From a virus (lineage: Duplodnaviria > Caudoviricetes): a stretch of 64,000 nt of DNA. Below, piece by piece: positions 17,252 through 26,811 of the stretch. The translations under genes and the position numbers were made by a program. Numbering within the stretch: the stretch's first letter is position 1; every line of letters begins with the position of its first letter. The notes under the pieces are model-generated. The model did not search any database, was not told the DNA's origin, and saw nothing but the letters and a program-made list of their open reading frames with translations. The DNA lies in IMG/VR virus record IMGVR_UViG_3300005326_000040, positions 1 through 64,000 of that record; one strand, 5' to 3'.

Positions 17252-17505
17252 GAATACTAAAAGTTGATTTGAATCTTGTTTTAGATTTAATTGGTTGCGG
17301 CGAAGATTATGGTTTTGATAACAGTATATTATTGGAAGCGTTTGCTGAAATGATGGACTATAAACTTTCTGATGAAGAGATTGAAGAATGTTCTTCGTGT
17401 TTCCTTTCTGAAGAAGCTAAAAAGCAAGGATATAGCCGAGAAGATTATGAAACAAGCAAAACCAAATTGACGCATTTCAGAAAACAATATTGCAAAGTTG
17501 AATAG
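17248..17505 (+). CDS. Hypothetical protein
   Basis: ORF track. Confidence 0.6.
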   Translation: MRILKVDLNLVLDLIGCGEDYGFDNSILLEAFAEMMDYKLSDEEIEECSSCFLSEEAKKQGYSREDYETSKTKLTHFRKQYCKVE

Positions 17506-17507
17506 CT

Positions 17508-17942
17508 ATGAAGAATGCATTTTCAAACATGAGCGAAGAGTTTAAGTCTGATCTCATTTCGAAAGTTATAAAAACTTACGAAGGTTTAAGGAAACAAGCT
17601 TTAGAAAGAGCGGGGGAACCAACGCAATTTGATTGCCCTGATACTAGCTGTGGTGGCAAGCTGTGTGTTTTGAAGCCAGTTGTAACACTTGAAGAAACCG
17701 CAAAATTGTTGGCGGGTAATCCAAAATACTCTAAGAAAAATAGACTGAAGAAAAAGTTTGCAAAACAGTATGATAAGAAATATAGAGCTATGAAAATTGC
17801 CGCCTGTATGATGCAATTAGTTCAGCATCCAAAAGGTTTTGTTTGCGGTAAATGCGGGATGACGCAGGGGTATTATCAAACAATGGCTCAAAGTATGATT
17901 AAGATTGAGTCTTTACCTATAGGGGCTAAGCTTATCTATTAG
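17508..17942 (+). CDS. Hypothetical basic protein with split CxxxxC...CxxC
   Basis: ORF track. Confidence 0.6.
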   Translation: MKNAFSNMSEEFKSDLISKVIKTYEGLRKQALERAGEPTQFDCPDTSCGGKLCVLKPVVTLEETAKLLAGNPKYSKKNRLKKKFAKQYDKKYRAMKIAACMMQLVQHPKGFVCGKCGMTQGYYQTMAQSMIKIESLPIGAKLIY

Positions 17943-17951
17943 GAGACAAAT

Positions 17952-18257
17952 ATGAAGTTGAATGTTGATGAGCATGGGAACATTGTTCTAAGTGAAGTTT
18001 ACAATGCTATTGTAATTAAGACTGACTCTGGTTGTTATGGAATAGCTCAAAGGGATAATGGCATTGAAGTTGTAAAGGATGGTGTTTTGCTGTTGGCAGC
18101 TGACGATTCTATTTCAAATTTAATTGAAGAGAACACCCGGCTTCAAAAGGAAAATGCTAAACTTCGAATAGAACTGTATACCCAGCGCGAGAATAATTGT
18201 AGCCAAAGGCTTCTTTCTTTTGGGCTTTATGGACTGCGTGAAAGTGGCGCAAAGTGA
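17952..18257 (+). CDS. Hypothetical protein with coiled-coil C-terminus
   Basis: ORF track; RBS AGGAG. Confidence 0.6.
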   Translation: MKLNVDEHGNIVLSEVYNAIVIKTDSGCYGIAQRDNGIEVVKDGVLLLAADDSISNLIEENTRLQKENAKLRIELYTQRENNCSQRLLSFGLYGLRESGAK

Positions 18258-18460
18258 GAGATAAATCTAGCTTGCCGTCTAAAGACTATATTGCCTTGAC
18301 GCTGGCGGCTTGTCCTAAATGTTATCTTATGATTTATCCTGATGGAAAGAAGTCTTGTCGATTTCTTGATAGGTCCGTCTGGTGGTCACCTTATTGGAAA
18401 GGTGAAGTTAGTATTGCTACCATTGTAGATAGAACAGTTTATCTTAAGGAGTGTCCATGA
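18254..18460 (+). CDS. Small hypothetical protein
   Basis: ORF track. Confidence 0.5.
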   Translation: MRDKSSLPSKDYIALTLAACPKCYLMIYPDGKKSCRFLDRSVWWSPYWKGEVSIATIVDRTVYLKECP

Positions 18461-19038
18461 ATTTGTATATCGCATCTATGCGTGATAGAATTCCGTCTGA
18501 TGCAATTGCTGTAAATACAACGTCTAGCTCTACTAGCAGATGGTCTAAAGGTCTAAGCCCATTTTTCTGCGGACCATGTGAATTGTATGGAGGGTACACA
18601 TCTAAGAATGTAGAGAACCTTTGGCAATTTTCGAAGCTGTATGCTAAGTATACGGATAGTAACGGGAATCCTACTTCAGAGTATTTTGAATGGGCACAAA
18701 AAGGGTGGAACGATACTTTTGCTCATCGCTATCCTATGGGCAAAGGAGCAAAACCTCTTTGTGCTTATTGGGATGGAATCAAGTTAAATTATATTGAAGC
18801 TAGGAAACAGATTTATATTCCTTTTTATGCTGAAGCCGTGGTAAAAACAGAAGCTTATCAGAAGCTCAAGAAACTGTATTACGAGTGTGAGCTTACTGAT
18901 ATTTATCTTCAGGATTTTGATGGGTATGACCATAAGCTTCTCAAGATGACATATGAAGATGTTATCAACGAGCCCAATAGAAAGATGGGACATGCTTTTG
19001 TGCTTGGAATGTTATTGGAAGGATACTTGAAGGTATAA
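18451..19038 (+). CDS. DUF6939-like protein, possibly NADAR-superfamily
   Basis: NTTS...LSPF...VENLWQFSK...YIEARKQIYIPFY pattern; ENLWQFSK resembles the NADAR EHYFQAQK segment. Confidence 0.5.
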   Translation: MSMNLYIASMRDRIPSDAIAVNTTSSSTSRWSKGLSPFFCGPCELYGGYTSKNVENLWQFSKLYAKYTDSNGNPTSEYFEWAQKGWNDTFAHRYPMGKGAKPLCAYWDGIKLNYIEARKQIYIPFYAEAVVKTEAYQKLKKLYYECELTDIYLQDFDGYDHKLLKMTYEDVINEPNRKMGHAFVLGMLLEGYLKV

Positions 19039-19502
19039 TGAAAATACTACTTGATGTAATTGATACTGTTGGCAGTTATGTTGGATGCGCTGTTGGCTCT
19101 GTATTTTTTGCCCCTATTTGGGGCGTAACTGAAATTGTTAACAAGATACACAAATATAAACATGGCCATGATATGGATGAATTGAGTTATGTTGCTGTAG
19201 GTATTATGGCTGGCACAGCAATATACTTTCCTGTTTGGCTTATTGTAGCTATTATAGCTCTTCCAATTCAGTTAGTAGTATTTCTATGGAATAAGCTTTT
19301 TGGTGTAGAAAAAGCGCCGTCAGAAACAATTGATTTTGAAGAGGCAATGAAAAAAGCACATGATGGTATTATGAAAGATAGAGCCGAGCGTGAAGAGCGC
19401 AGCAAAACTATTCGTGCCGCTCTTCCTGAAAATGAGCGGAAGCTTCGTGAGAAATTGATTTCAGAAGATCCAGAATTGAATACGGGGAAAACATTACTAT
19501 GA
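19038..19502 (+). CDS. Membrane protein, hypothetical
   Basis: Two hydrophobic stretches; charged C-terminus. Confidence 0.6.
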   Translation: MKILLDVIDTVGSYVGCAVGSVFFAPIWGVTEIVNKIHKYKHGHDMDELSYVAVGIMAGTAIYFPVWLIVAIIALPIQLVVFLWNKLFGVEKAPSETIDFEEAMKKAHDGIMKDRAEREERSKTIRAALPENERKLREKLISEDPELNTGKTLL

Positions 19503-19729
19503 AAATGTGTGAAGTTTGTGGTTGCTCTGCTAGAAAACAGCACAAGTTACCGGAAGAGTGTATCGCAACTTTAAAGAAGGAATTGGAAAAGGTCAAGCAG
19601 TTATACCAACAGGTACATGGGTGCTGGTTAAATGAGATTGAAAATCATGCGCAGTATGTAAAAAATGTTAATAGTCAGCTTGAAATTATCAAAGCTAAAC
19701 TTTATGGTGTAAAAGAAAAGCTGGGTTAG
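19499..19729 (+). CDS. Small Cys/coiled-coil hypothetical protein
   Basis: ORF track. Confidence 0.55.
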   Translation: MKMCEVCGCSARKQHKLPEECIATLKKELEKVKQLYQQVHGCWLNEIENHAQYVKNVNSQLEIIKAKLYGVKEKLG

Positions 19730-19733
19730 TAGA

Positions 19734-20018
19734 ATGGCAATAAAGATATTAAATATGAATTTAGATGTGTTGGATAAGCTAATAAACGATGACGTTGGTT
19801 ACTATGCTCAAGTTATCTATCAGCGTGTTATTTCCAATCGTTATCATCCGGATGAATTAGCTCATTATCTTCAATTTATTATTGAGCAACAGCGCAAAAA
19901 AGAAAAAGAAGAATGTGTTGCTATTTGTAATGAACTAGCGGCAAGCTACGTTGATGGAAGTTTTGAGAGCGAAGCAGTAAAAGAATGCGCTCAGAAAATT
20001 CAAAATAAAAAATGTTAA
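19734..20018 (+). CDS. Hypothetical protein
   Basis: ORF track. Confidence 0.55.
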   Translation: MAIKILNMNLDVLDKLINDDVGYYAQVIYQRVISNRYHPDELAHYLQFIIEQQRKKEKEECVAICNELAASYVDGSFESEAVKECAQKIQNKKC

Positions 20019-20260
20019 CATTAAAAGATCACGAAGGCGTTTGGAAGAATTCAGATCCACGAGACTTATGTTCATATGGTTACTATAGCATTGTAATTGT
20101 GCGCCCAGGTCCTGATGACGGAAAGATTGTTGCTGGATTCGGAGATATTGATACGAAACATGACTGGATGATTCTTACGTCATTCCCTGATCATCGTGTC
20201 ATTCATGCTGATGATAAATGGGATTTTGCTTGGTGGTGGACGTTAGCCCCTCAGATGTAA
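20012..20260 (+). CDS. Hypothetical protein
   Basis: ORF track. Confidence 0.55.
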   Translation: MLTLKDHEGVWKNSDPRDLCSYGYYSIVIVRPGPDDGKIVAGFGDIDTKHDWMILTSFPDHRVIHADDKWDFAWWWTLAPQM

Positions 20261-20269
20261 AGGAAAATC

Positions 20270-20506
20270 ATGGAACAAGAACTAGACAAAGAAGTGCAGG
20301 AACTAGACACAGACCTCGTTTGGCCTTTCAAGACTTGGCAGGAGGCTATTAGAGCCTTGAATGTTAAAATTCAAAAGTTACAGCACACCAATATTGAACT
20401 GACAAATGAGAATGCTGAACTTAAGCAGGAAATCAAAGATTTAGAGTGTGAAATTAAGACTTTGCATGTAGAGTATGATGTAGAAGAAGTGATAATTCCA
20501 GAGTAA
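20270..20506 (+). CDS. Coiled-coil hypothetical protein
   Basis: ORF track; RBS AAGGA. Confidence 0.6.
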   Translation: MEQELDKEVQELDTDLVWPFKTWQEAIRALNVKIQKLQHTNIELTNENAELKQEIKDLECEIKTLHVEYDVEEVIIPE

Positions 20507-20510
20507 AATC

Positions 20511-20909
20511 TTACCGAGCGTTAATAGCTCCAAGTAAGTTATTTTTCCCTTCGGCTGTTTGAATAGCTCTTTCTAAAAGCCCTGCTCTAATTTTGTTCGC
20601 CATCGGTTCGTAGCTATCAGGCATTTCTCTAAGTTCGTTAATGCTTTTGCGAACGTTGGAAATTTTGATGGACCAAGTCTTCTCAGAATTCACGCAACGA
20701 TAGGTAAAGCGAAGGAAAATGGGCTCGTCATTTTCTACGATATTGCCGTTTTCTTCTAGGACATGTTTCTTCATGTCGTCAAGCATTAGGATGAAATCAT
20801 CCCAATTGTCGGGTCTTTCAGCGTCGCGTAATAATTCTTCTTCGGTAGGTTGTGGTAGTGTAAACTCTTCGGTGTTCATGAAGAAGTATATATCTGCCTT
20901 TGAATGCAA
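20511..20909 (-). CDS. Hypothetical protein, lone minus-strand gene
   Basis: ORF track; fills the gap in the + strand run; likely start is ATG 20879 just downstream of GATATATAC. Confidence 0.6.
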   Translation of the reverse strand: MHSKADIYFFMNTEEFTLPQPTEEELLRDAERPDNWDDFILMLDDMKKHVLEENGNIVENDEPIFLRFTYRCVNSEKTWSIKISNVRKSINELREMPDSYEPMANKIRAGLLERAIQTAEGKNNLLGAINAR

Positions 20910-20932
20910 AATGAAATCTAAAGAAAATTAAA

Positions 20933-21049
20933 ATGAACGATGAGCTTAAAGAACTATTGTGGGGAGTTTTGATTGCTTCTGGGATAGTTGTTTTTATCGT
21001 AATGTTATTGCTTGCTGGCGCCGGAATAACAAAAGTATTAGGGATGTAA
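20933..21049 (+). CDS. Small single-TM protein (38 aa)
   Basis: Hand-translated MNDELKELLWGVLIASGIVVFIVMLLLAGAGITKVLGM. Confidence 0.5.
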   Translation: MNDELKELLWGVLIASGIVVFIVMLLLAGAGITKVLGM

Positions 21050-21050
21050 T

Positions 21051-21320
21051 ATGACTCTAAGCGATCAACAAAAAGACGAAATTGTCACGCGTTTGCTTAG
21101 TGACTATGAACATTATGGTCCGGAGAAACTTGCGGCGGCAATGTGTGGGACAAAATACGATGCGCCAAAGAAGATACGCCACAGGCCAATCAAGTATCAT
21201 ATAGACAATATGCTACGGACTAAAACTGCTTTAAATATTCTTGTTGTACTGTGTTCTCCTGTGATTGTTTACATGCGGCTAAAAGAGCGAATGAAAGAAA
21301 CGTTTAAAAGGAAATCATAA
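21051..21320 (+). CDS. Hypothetical protein
   Basis: ORF track. Confidence 0.55.
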   Translation: MTLSDQQKDEIVTRLLSDYEHYGPEKLAAAMCGTKYDAPKKIRHRPIKYHIDNMLRTKTALNILVVLCSPVIVYMRLKERMKETFKRKS

Positions 21321-21369
21321 TGTCTGATATGGAAGTTTTTATCATTATTGTTTTGCTTGTTTATTTTCT

Positions 21370-21966
21370 TTGGGATTGAAAAGAGGATATATGCCTAAAG
21401 TATATCAAATATGGTCAGAGGGCTATGTTGCTACTGGGGAGGATATCAAAGTATTCAAATTAGGCGAAGCATCAGGCGAGTCCTTTAAAGCTGCCTGTGA
21501 TAAATTCTTCTCTGATAAACCAGCGGACTTTAAAGCTTCTTATAACCCAGACCGCATGACGTTCTGGAGTTGTAAGTTGTTTCAAGATGAAGAAAGTGCT
21601 AGTAAAGAGACTTGTAAGTATGAGCATCTAAATGACTTGAATGAAATCTTTACTCCTGATGACACACTAGAAGAGATTGCCAAGAAAATGGCAAGAATTC
21701 ATTATATCAAAGACCCTGATACTCAGGAAGTTTATCTTTATCCAAGCACAACAGAAATTAGATTGATTGAAGTTTCGGATTCTATTGGAACAACTCGCGA
21801 GGTTGTTCCGTTTAGATATCCCGCATTTGACAATCTTCGTTTCCCATCTTTGATTGTTTTGTTGAGCCCAGAAGAATGGGAAATGATTAAAAACGGTGAG
21901 TTGGAATTGCCTGAGGGTTGGAGCGGGGAACCGTTGAAGATATTTGGGGCAGATAAGGGTAAATAA
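21370..21966 (+). CDS. Hypothetical protein; C-domain paralogous to 22688-23143
   Basis: Shared EIRL.E.S....EV.PFR......FP....L...EW.M...GEL.LP.GW..EP pattern. Confidence 0.65.
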   Translation: MGLKRGYMPKVYQIWSEGYVATGEDIKVFKLGEASGESFKAACDKFFSDKPADFKASYNPDRMTFWSCKLFQDEESASKETCKYEHLNDLNEIFTPDDTLEEIAKKMARIHYIKDPDTQEVYLYPSTTEIRLIEVSDSIGTTREVVPFRYPAFDNLRFPSLIVLLSPEEWEMIKNGELELPEGWSGEPLKIFGADKGK

Positions 21967-22222
21967 AGGACAGCCAGCAATGGAAAATTATGATGACATT
22001 GTACAAATTCAAGAAGTTGTCGAACGTGAAAGACATGTTCTTATTAGCGAGGAGTTAGCTCAGGATATATGGGAGGCTTATTCTAATAGTTGGGCTGCTG
22101 GTTGGCTAATGTTAACTCCAATGGATGATACTGATAATATTGAGGACAGAATAATTAGCGCATTTGATGCTTTTTTGCGATATAGGTCTTCAGGAAAAAC
22201 ATTGAGATTGGTTTACGAATGA
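21944..22222 (+). CDS. Hypothetical protein
   Basis: ORF track. Confidence 0.55.
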   Translation: MGQIRVNKGQPAMENYDDIVQIQEVVERERHVLISEELAQDIWEAYSNSWAAGWLMLTPMDDTDNIEDRIISAFDAFLRYRSSGKTLRLVYE

Positions 22223-22485
22223 ACAGTTATTTTGATGGAAAGAGCTATTTTGTCGGGCCAATATGTTGTCGATGTCAATTCTTTGCCGATTACTTTTGTT
22301 CAAGGTGTGAGGATTGCTATCCAAAAGCGTGTTTATGTGAACATTGGAACTTAATTAAACCAACAGATACTTGTGAATACTGGGCGGAACGAAAAAACGC
22401 TGATAAAATTGTTGATAAGGAAAGTCTACCTAAAACATCAGATATAGAGTGGGATGAAAACTTTAAGTGCAAGGAAACAAAATGA
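22219..22485 (+). CDS. Cys-rich protein; paralogue of 38176-38487
   Basis: Shared YFDG...CC.C.FF...C.RC.DCYP.AC.C...TD.C..W.ER...LP...EWD. Confidence 0.65.
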   Translation: MNSYFDGKSYFVGPICCRCQFFADYFCSRCEDCYPKACLCEHWNLIKPTDTCEYWAERKNADKIVDKESLPKTSDIEWDENFKCKETK

Positions 22486-22685
22486 ATTCTACTTGGGAAC
22501 AAACACACAAAAGTGGCATTACTGAAGGTAAAGTTGTTCTTGAACAGATCAATGATGTGCTTGCAAATTTGAGTCCAGATGAACGTACGGTTTTTCTGAG
22601 CGTTTTACTACATGGAATAAATTTCTGTCGGCATTGCGGTTCTGAGTTAAATGGTGGTTGTTGTGAATGTCAGAATGATGAGTAA
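22467..22685 (+). CDS. Small protein with C-terminal CxxC..CCxC
   Basis: ORF track. Confidence 0.55.
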   Translation: MQGNKMNSTWEQTHKSGITEGKVVLEQINDVLANLSPDERTVFLSVLLHGINFCRHCGSELNGGCCECQNDE

Positions 22686-22687
22686 AA

Positions 22688-23143
22688 ATGACAAACATTA
22701 ATACAAACGAAAAAGGCGAAGTAACTAACTTTCAGGAGTTCTTAACCGACGCTGCAAGCAAACTATCTCAAGATGTAGACGACGGAGGGCAGATAGTAAT
22801 CTATACAGGCTATTACAAATGGAATGATGGAACTATTCATAAAGAGCCAGAGATTCCTGATGCTTTGGTTGAGACTGCTAAGAAGGTAGCACATCTTCAT
22901 AAGGATGATGAACCAGAAATAATAGTTTTTTGGTATCCTCATCCTAATGAGATTCGTTTGTTGGAAATGTCGCCGATGATGCCAGGTTGTGGTGAAGTAC
23001 ATCCTTTTAGATTTGGTCGCGATAATGAAATAGGTTTTCCTGTTTGTATTATTGCTTTGAATGAAAAGGAGTGGGATATGCTTCAAAGGGGAGAGTTGAA
23101 ACTTCCTGATGGATGGAATCAAGAACCAATAAGGTTGGTGTAA
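22688..23143 (+). CDS. Hypothetical protein; C-domain paralogous to 21370-21966
   Basis: See 21370-21966. Confidence 0.65.
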   Translation: MTNINTNEKGEVTNFQEFLTDAASKLSQDVDDGGQIVIYTGYYKWNDGTIHKEPEIPDALVETAKKVAHLHKDDEPEIIVFWYPHPNEIRLLEMSPMMPGCGEVHPFRFGRDNEIGFPVCIIALNEKEWDMLQRGELKLPDGWNQEPIRLV

Positions 23144-23144
23144 G

Positions 23145-23696
23145 ATGATTAGAGTAGCTCAAAAAGAAAAAAATACAATGCAAGTTACGCCGGAACTTAT
23201 CAAACGCTCCGAGGAACTCGGTTTGCAGTTATCTCAAATCTGTGATGCGATTGAAGATAGGTTTGAGGCGGTATTGAATTCTATTGCGAAATGTTTTGAT
23301 GTAAAGATAGATGACTGGTATTTTTGTGAAGAGGTTGAAATTCTTGACGTTGTTAATTCTACTTATCTAGAAAGCGGATTTATTGAGGTTGAAGGGTGTT
23401 GTATAATTAGGACATCTAATGACCGCAAATTTGATTATACGTACATTCTGTATGGTGGCAAGCCTCTTAATTTATCATATGAAATTCCAATAAACTTTCT
23501 CTTTATGTCGAGTGATGAAGTTGAAAGCATTATCCTAGAAGGGATAGCCGCGTATCAGAAATATCGTGAAATAAAAAAGGCGAAATCAAATAAAGCCAAG
23601 CAGACCAAAAAAGAAAAAGAAGCTGAAAAGTTATGCGCAATTATGTCGAAATTAACGGATGATGAAAAAGTTTTTCTTAATGGGAAAATAAAGTAA
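23145..23696 (+). CDS. Hypothetical protein
   Basis: ORF track. Confidence 0.6.
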   Translation: MIRVAQKEKNTMQVTPELIKRSEELGLQLSQICDAIEDRFEAVLNSIAKCFDVKIDDWYFCEEVEILDVVNSTYLESGFIEVEGCCIIRTSNDRKFDYTYILYGGKPLNLSYEIPINFLFMSSDEVESIILEGIAAYQKYREIKKAKSNKAKQTKKEKEAEKLCAIMSKLTDDEKVFLNGKIK

Positions 23697-23715
23697 GGCG
23701 AGTAGGACAAACATT

Positions 23716-23976
23716 ATGACTGACGTTTACAGAAAACCAGGAGGCGTATCAGTGGTATCATCAGCTTCAAATAGCAAGGATTCCATGCCTGAGATTTTAC
23801 TCCCAACCAGCTTGAGCAATCAGTTTAAATCTTATTTGATTGCGTTGGAACATATGGCTATCGATATTCCAATGATGATTAAGGAATTTGAGCAGGATGG
23901 GGATGGAAATGCTTTGGCGGTGAGGTTGTCTAATCATTTAGATAGAATCAATTCAGCGAGTAAGACGAGAGGCTAA
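23716..23976 (+). CDS. Hypothetical protein
   Basis: ORF track; RBS AGGA. Confidence 0.55.
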   Translation: MTDVYRKPGGVSVVSSASNSKDSMPEILLPTSLSNQFKSYLIALEHMAIDIPMMIKEFEQDGDGNALAVRLSNHLDRINSASKTRG

Positions 23977-23978
23977 AT

Positions 23979-24233
23979 ATGTCGAAAATAGAAACTAAAA
24001 CAATCGGTTCGGTTTATATGCACATTTGCAATAGCGGGGCTACTATTTCAATTATAGATAGGGGGTTTGGCCCAACAATAAAAATTGGCACGTCATCATT
24101 TGGCAATATCAATAATAGCACCGAGATTTTTACAGATAAAGAGTCTTTGAAGGAATTGGTAAAATTATTTACCAAAGCTATTGATGAAGAATATTCAAAC
24201 GATTATTGCAACAAGGCTGTGGCGAGAAAATGA
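23979..24233 (+). CDS. Hypothetical protein
   Basis: ORF track. Confidence 0.55.
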   Translation: MSKIETKTIGSVYMHICNSGATISIIDRGFGPTIKIGTSSFGNINNSTEIFTDKESLKELVKLFTKAIDEEYSNDYCNKAVARK

Positions 24234-24529
24234 GCCTAGTACAACATGAGCGATTGATGTATCTAGATTCCTTTCTTAAGGAGAACTATCCTGAAGAATA
24301 TGGTCATGGATGTGAAGTGGAAGTTGCTGTCAGAATTCTGAAGCGTCGTCACGATAAGTTTGCAGAGATACAACAAAAGATAGAAGATATTTTTGCAGAT
24401 GAACGAACCACAAAGCATAGTTTTGCTACTCACGAGACTTTGTCGGGCGTTGAAGATAAGATAGTCGAAGTGATTGATAATTGGCGCAGAGATGGCGATA
24501 AACGCAAGAAAAAGAAAGGATTAGGATGA
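24206..24529 (+). CDS. Hypothetical protein
   Basis: ORF track. Confidence 0.55.
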   Translation: MQQGCGEKMSLVQHERLMYLDSFLKENYPEEYGHGCEVEVAVRILKRRHDKFAEIQQKIEDIFADERTTKHSFATHETLSGVEDKIVEVIDNWRRDGDKRKKKKGLG

Positions 24530-24532
24530 GCT

Positions 24533-24766
24533 ATGAACGACAAGATTAGAGAGTCATGTAGGACATGTCGGCACATTATGCGTAAGCACTGTTATTGTAC
24601 TTTGACGGCTTCAGAATTTTGCGGGCAGACTAGAAGTCCTAGCGATCCAATGTGCGATAAGTATGAACTAAACGAAAGATTGATTGAGTCTAGCGAAAAC
24701 AATAAAAAAGCAATAGATATGATATTTCTTGAACTTGAATACGCGCGAAAACGTTTTGGTTATTGA
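24533..24766 (+). CDS. Small Cys-rich hypothetical protein
   Basis: ORF track. Confidence 0.55.
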   Translation: MNDKIRESCRTCRHIMRKHCYCTLTASEFCGQTRSPSDPMCDKYELNERLIESSENNKKAIDMIFLELEYARKRFGY

Positions 24767-25272
24767 GATTTCTATTGGAAAGCAAAAGGATTTGTGTTAT
24801 GAGTTTACTAGAAAACGCAAAACGAATCAAAAAAGAAGAAGCAGAAGCAGCTCTAGTTAACGCAAAATATCAAGAGGAACAATATGCTGTTTGTAAGGAA
24901 AGGAAAGAACTGCTTACGACTCATGTACTGCAAGAGTTGCGTCAATTAGATTGGAAAGAATCAAAACATGGAACTTTTCGGTTAGAGGTTCCTTCTAATT
25001 CATCCATCAATGATGTTTTTGCTTATCTTTACGCGGGTGAGCACAAAGTTGCGTGGTTTAAATCTTATGTGAGAATTAGTCTGGTTAATGGTAAGACCTA
25101 TTATGATGCACAACTAACTGCGCGATTTCATTTATTAGGAGTTGATAAATGGTTCGAGGAGGAGGATATTTATATTGACGTACAAAGAAATACAGTTTAT
25201 TTTATGCATCAAATGCCAGAATTTTTAAATTGGCTGGCGAAACAACTTTCAAAATGGGTGGAAAATGAATAA
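24763..25272 (+). CDS. Hypothetical protein
   Basis: ORF track; likely start is internal ATG (MSLLEN). Confidence 0.55.
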   Translation: MRFLLESKRICVMSLLENAKRIKKEEAEAALVNAKYQEEQYAVCKERKELLTTHVLQELRQLDWKESKHGTFRLEVPSNSSINDVFAYLYAGEHKVAWFKSYVRISLVNGKTYYDAQLTARFHLLGVDKWFEEEDIYIDVQRNTVYFMHQMPEFLNWLAKQLSKWVENE

Positions 25273-25305
25273 ATATAAACTCACAAAAAGTTTGGGGCGT
25301 AAATT

Positions 25306-25521
25306 ATGAGCGATTCAAGACATGGAGCAGGTGTCTTGGATATCGTTTCTACAATCGGAACTCTTGGAAGTGAATGGATTCCGACAGAAATTCTTGTTCC
25401 TAGGCTGATGTCTCGATTTGGAATCACAGCAACTGAAGTCGAATCTTCATTACAAGAAGCTGTGAAATCTGGTTCTATTTTATGGCGCGAATATGCGGGA
25501 TATTATGCGGTGAAAAGGTAA
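25306..25521 (+). CDS. Small hypothetical protein, possibly winged-helix
   Basis: ORF track; helix-turn-helix-like spacing followed by a beta hairpin (weak). Confidence 0.45.
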   Translation: MSDSRHGAGVLDIVSTIGTLGSEWIPTEILVPRLMSRFGITATEVESSLQEAVKSGSILWREYAGYYAVKR

Positions 25522-25569
25522 AGTTTCTTTTGTGCCAGATTAATAAGTCCGTTGTGAATTGAGGTTTAC

Positions 25570-25911
25570 ATGGAAAAATCAGAATGTTCTACATGCGGTC
25601 TGAAAACAATACATGCACATTCATGCTTGCCTGATTTACGATATGAATATAAAACATTCAAGAGGATGACCGAGCTATTGGCGGAACAGTTACAAAAGGC
25701 AAACGGAAATGGCTGGTACATTGAGTGCTATTACAAAGGTGATGAACAACCGTTCCAAGCACATGGCCCAGGAACAATTGAGGAAATTTATGAGAGCTTA
25801 CATAACGTTGTTTGTAACACTATCGGCGGTAAGATAGAAGTGAAGATTACACAAACACCTGGATGTAATCCAATGGCGCTGTCGGAATCGAACTCAAGTT
25901 GTGAAGTATAA
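25570..25911 (+). CDS. Hypothetical protein
   Basis: ORF track; RBS GAGG. Confidence 0.55.
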   Translation: MEKSECSTCGLKTIHAHSCLPDLRYEYKTFKRMTELLAEQLQKANGNGWYIECYYKGDEQPFQAHGPGTIEEIYESLHNVVCNTIGGKIEVKITQTPGCNPMALSESNSSCEV

Positions 25912-25922
25912 CGGAGGCTAGC

Positions 25923-26141
25923 ATGTCTCACTATTGTTTTGATGGCTCTAAACATGAAGCAGACTGTTCATGTGATTGTCCTTCTTGTAGTTCTGTCATT
26001 GATGATACTAAAAGGCGCGAATTTAATGAAAAATTATCCAAACGAATCAAAGAAGAATCCATGAAACTTTGGGGAGACAAATTCTTTATTGAAAACTTGA
26101 TAAAAGAGTTTAATAAGGCGGGGAAGAAGCCGGGCGCATAA
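25923..26141 (+). CDS. Small Cys-rich hypothetical protein
   Basis: ORF track; RBS GGAGG. Confidence 0.6.
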   Translation: MSHYCFDGSKHEADCSCDCPSCSSVIDDTKRREFNEKLSKRIKEESMKLWGDKFFIENLIKEFNKAGKKPGA

Positions 26142-26356
26142 TGAAAACACTAAAAAGAAAAGAAAGCTGGGAACTATACAGAAGCAACACTGATTCCACC
26201 CCTCTCCCAAGAGTTGTAATGCCAAAAAATTACAAATACTCATGCGATGAATGTGAATTTAATACTGAGTATGAATGTGGATGTCGCGGCTTAGCAAATA
26301 TATGTAATGATTTCTATTTTAATCCAACAAAGTGGAAGTGGGAAGAGGAAACATGA
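26141..26356 (+). CDS. Small Cys-rich hypothetical protein
   Basis: ORF track; TAATG overlap. Confidence 0.55.
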   Translation: MKTLKRKESWELYRSNTDSTPLPRVVMPKNYKYSCDECEFNTEYECGCRGLANICNDFYFNPTKWKWEEET

Positions 26357-26787
26357 ACGACAAACTATTTAAGATTCTAAGTTGGGTTTTCCCGCCACCT
26401 AAAACGAGGCGAGGTTGGGTTATTATTGGGAATGAGGTGCGTAATGTTCTGGCTTCAAAACGCGCACCAGAAGATAGACAATGTAATCCTCTCCCCGAAG
26501 ACGGTCCTTTTTGGTACTGTCGTGAATTGAGTTGTGTTGTTAAGGAAAAAGCAGCGATAGGAGTCCATTACGCTGAGATTTTCGACCGCAAGTCAGATGC
26601 TATCAAGGTGCTTATTGAAAATGTGCACGATACGATAAGTGAGATAGAGCGCGGAATTCAAGACGATTATCATTACTTGAACTGTCTGAAGAAACATCTT
26701 GAGTATTGTGTTGAACATAAAGATGATGACGATGATAAGGATTTGCTCATCGTGAATGATGAGTTACCGTTGAGCGCATTTGAATAA
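26332..26787 (+). CDS. Hypothetical protein
   Basis: ORF track. Confidence 0.55.
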   Translation: MEVGRGNMNDKLFKILSWVFPPPKTRRGWVIIGNEVRNVLASKRAPEDRQCNPLPEDGPFWYCRELSCVVKEKAAIGVHYAEIFDRKSDAIKVLIENVHDTISEIERGIQDDYHYLNCLKKHLEYCVEHKDDDDDKDLLIVNDELPLSAFE

Positions 26788-26811
26788 GTTGAGCCCAAAG
26801 GAAAGATTGAA

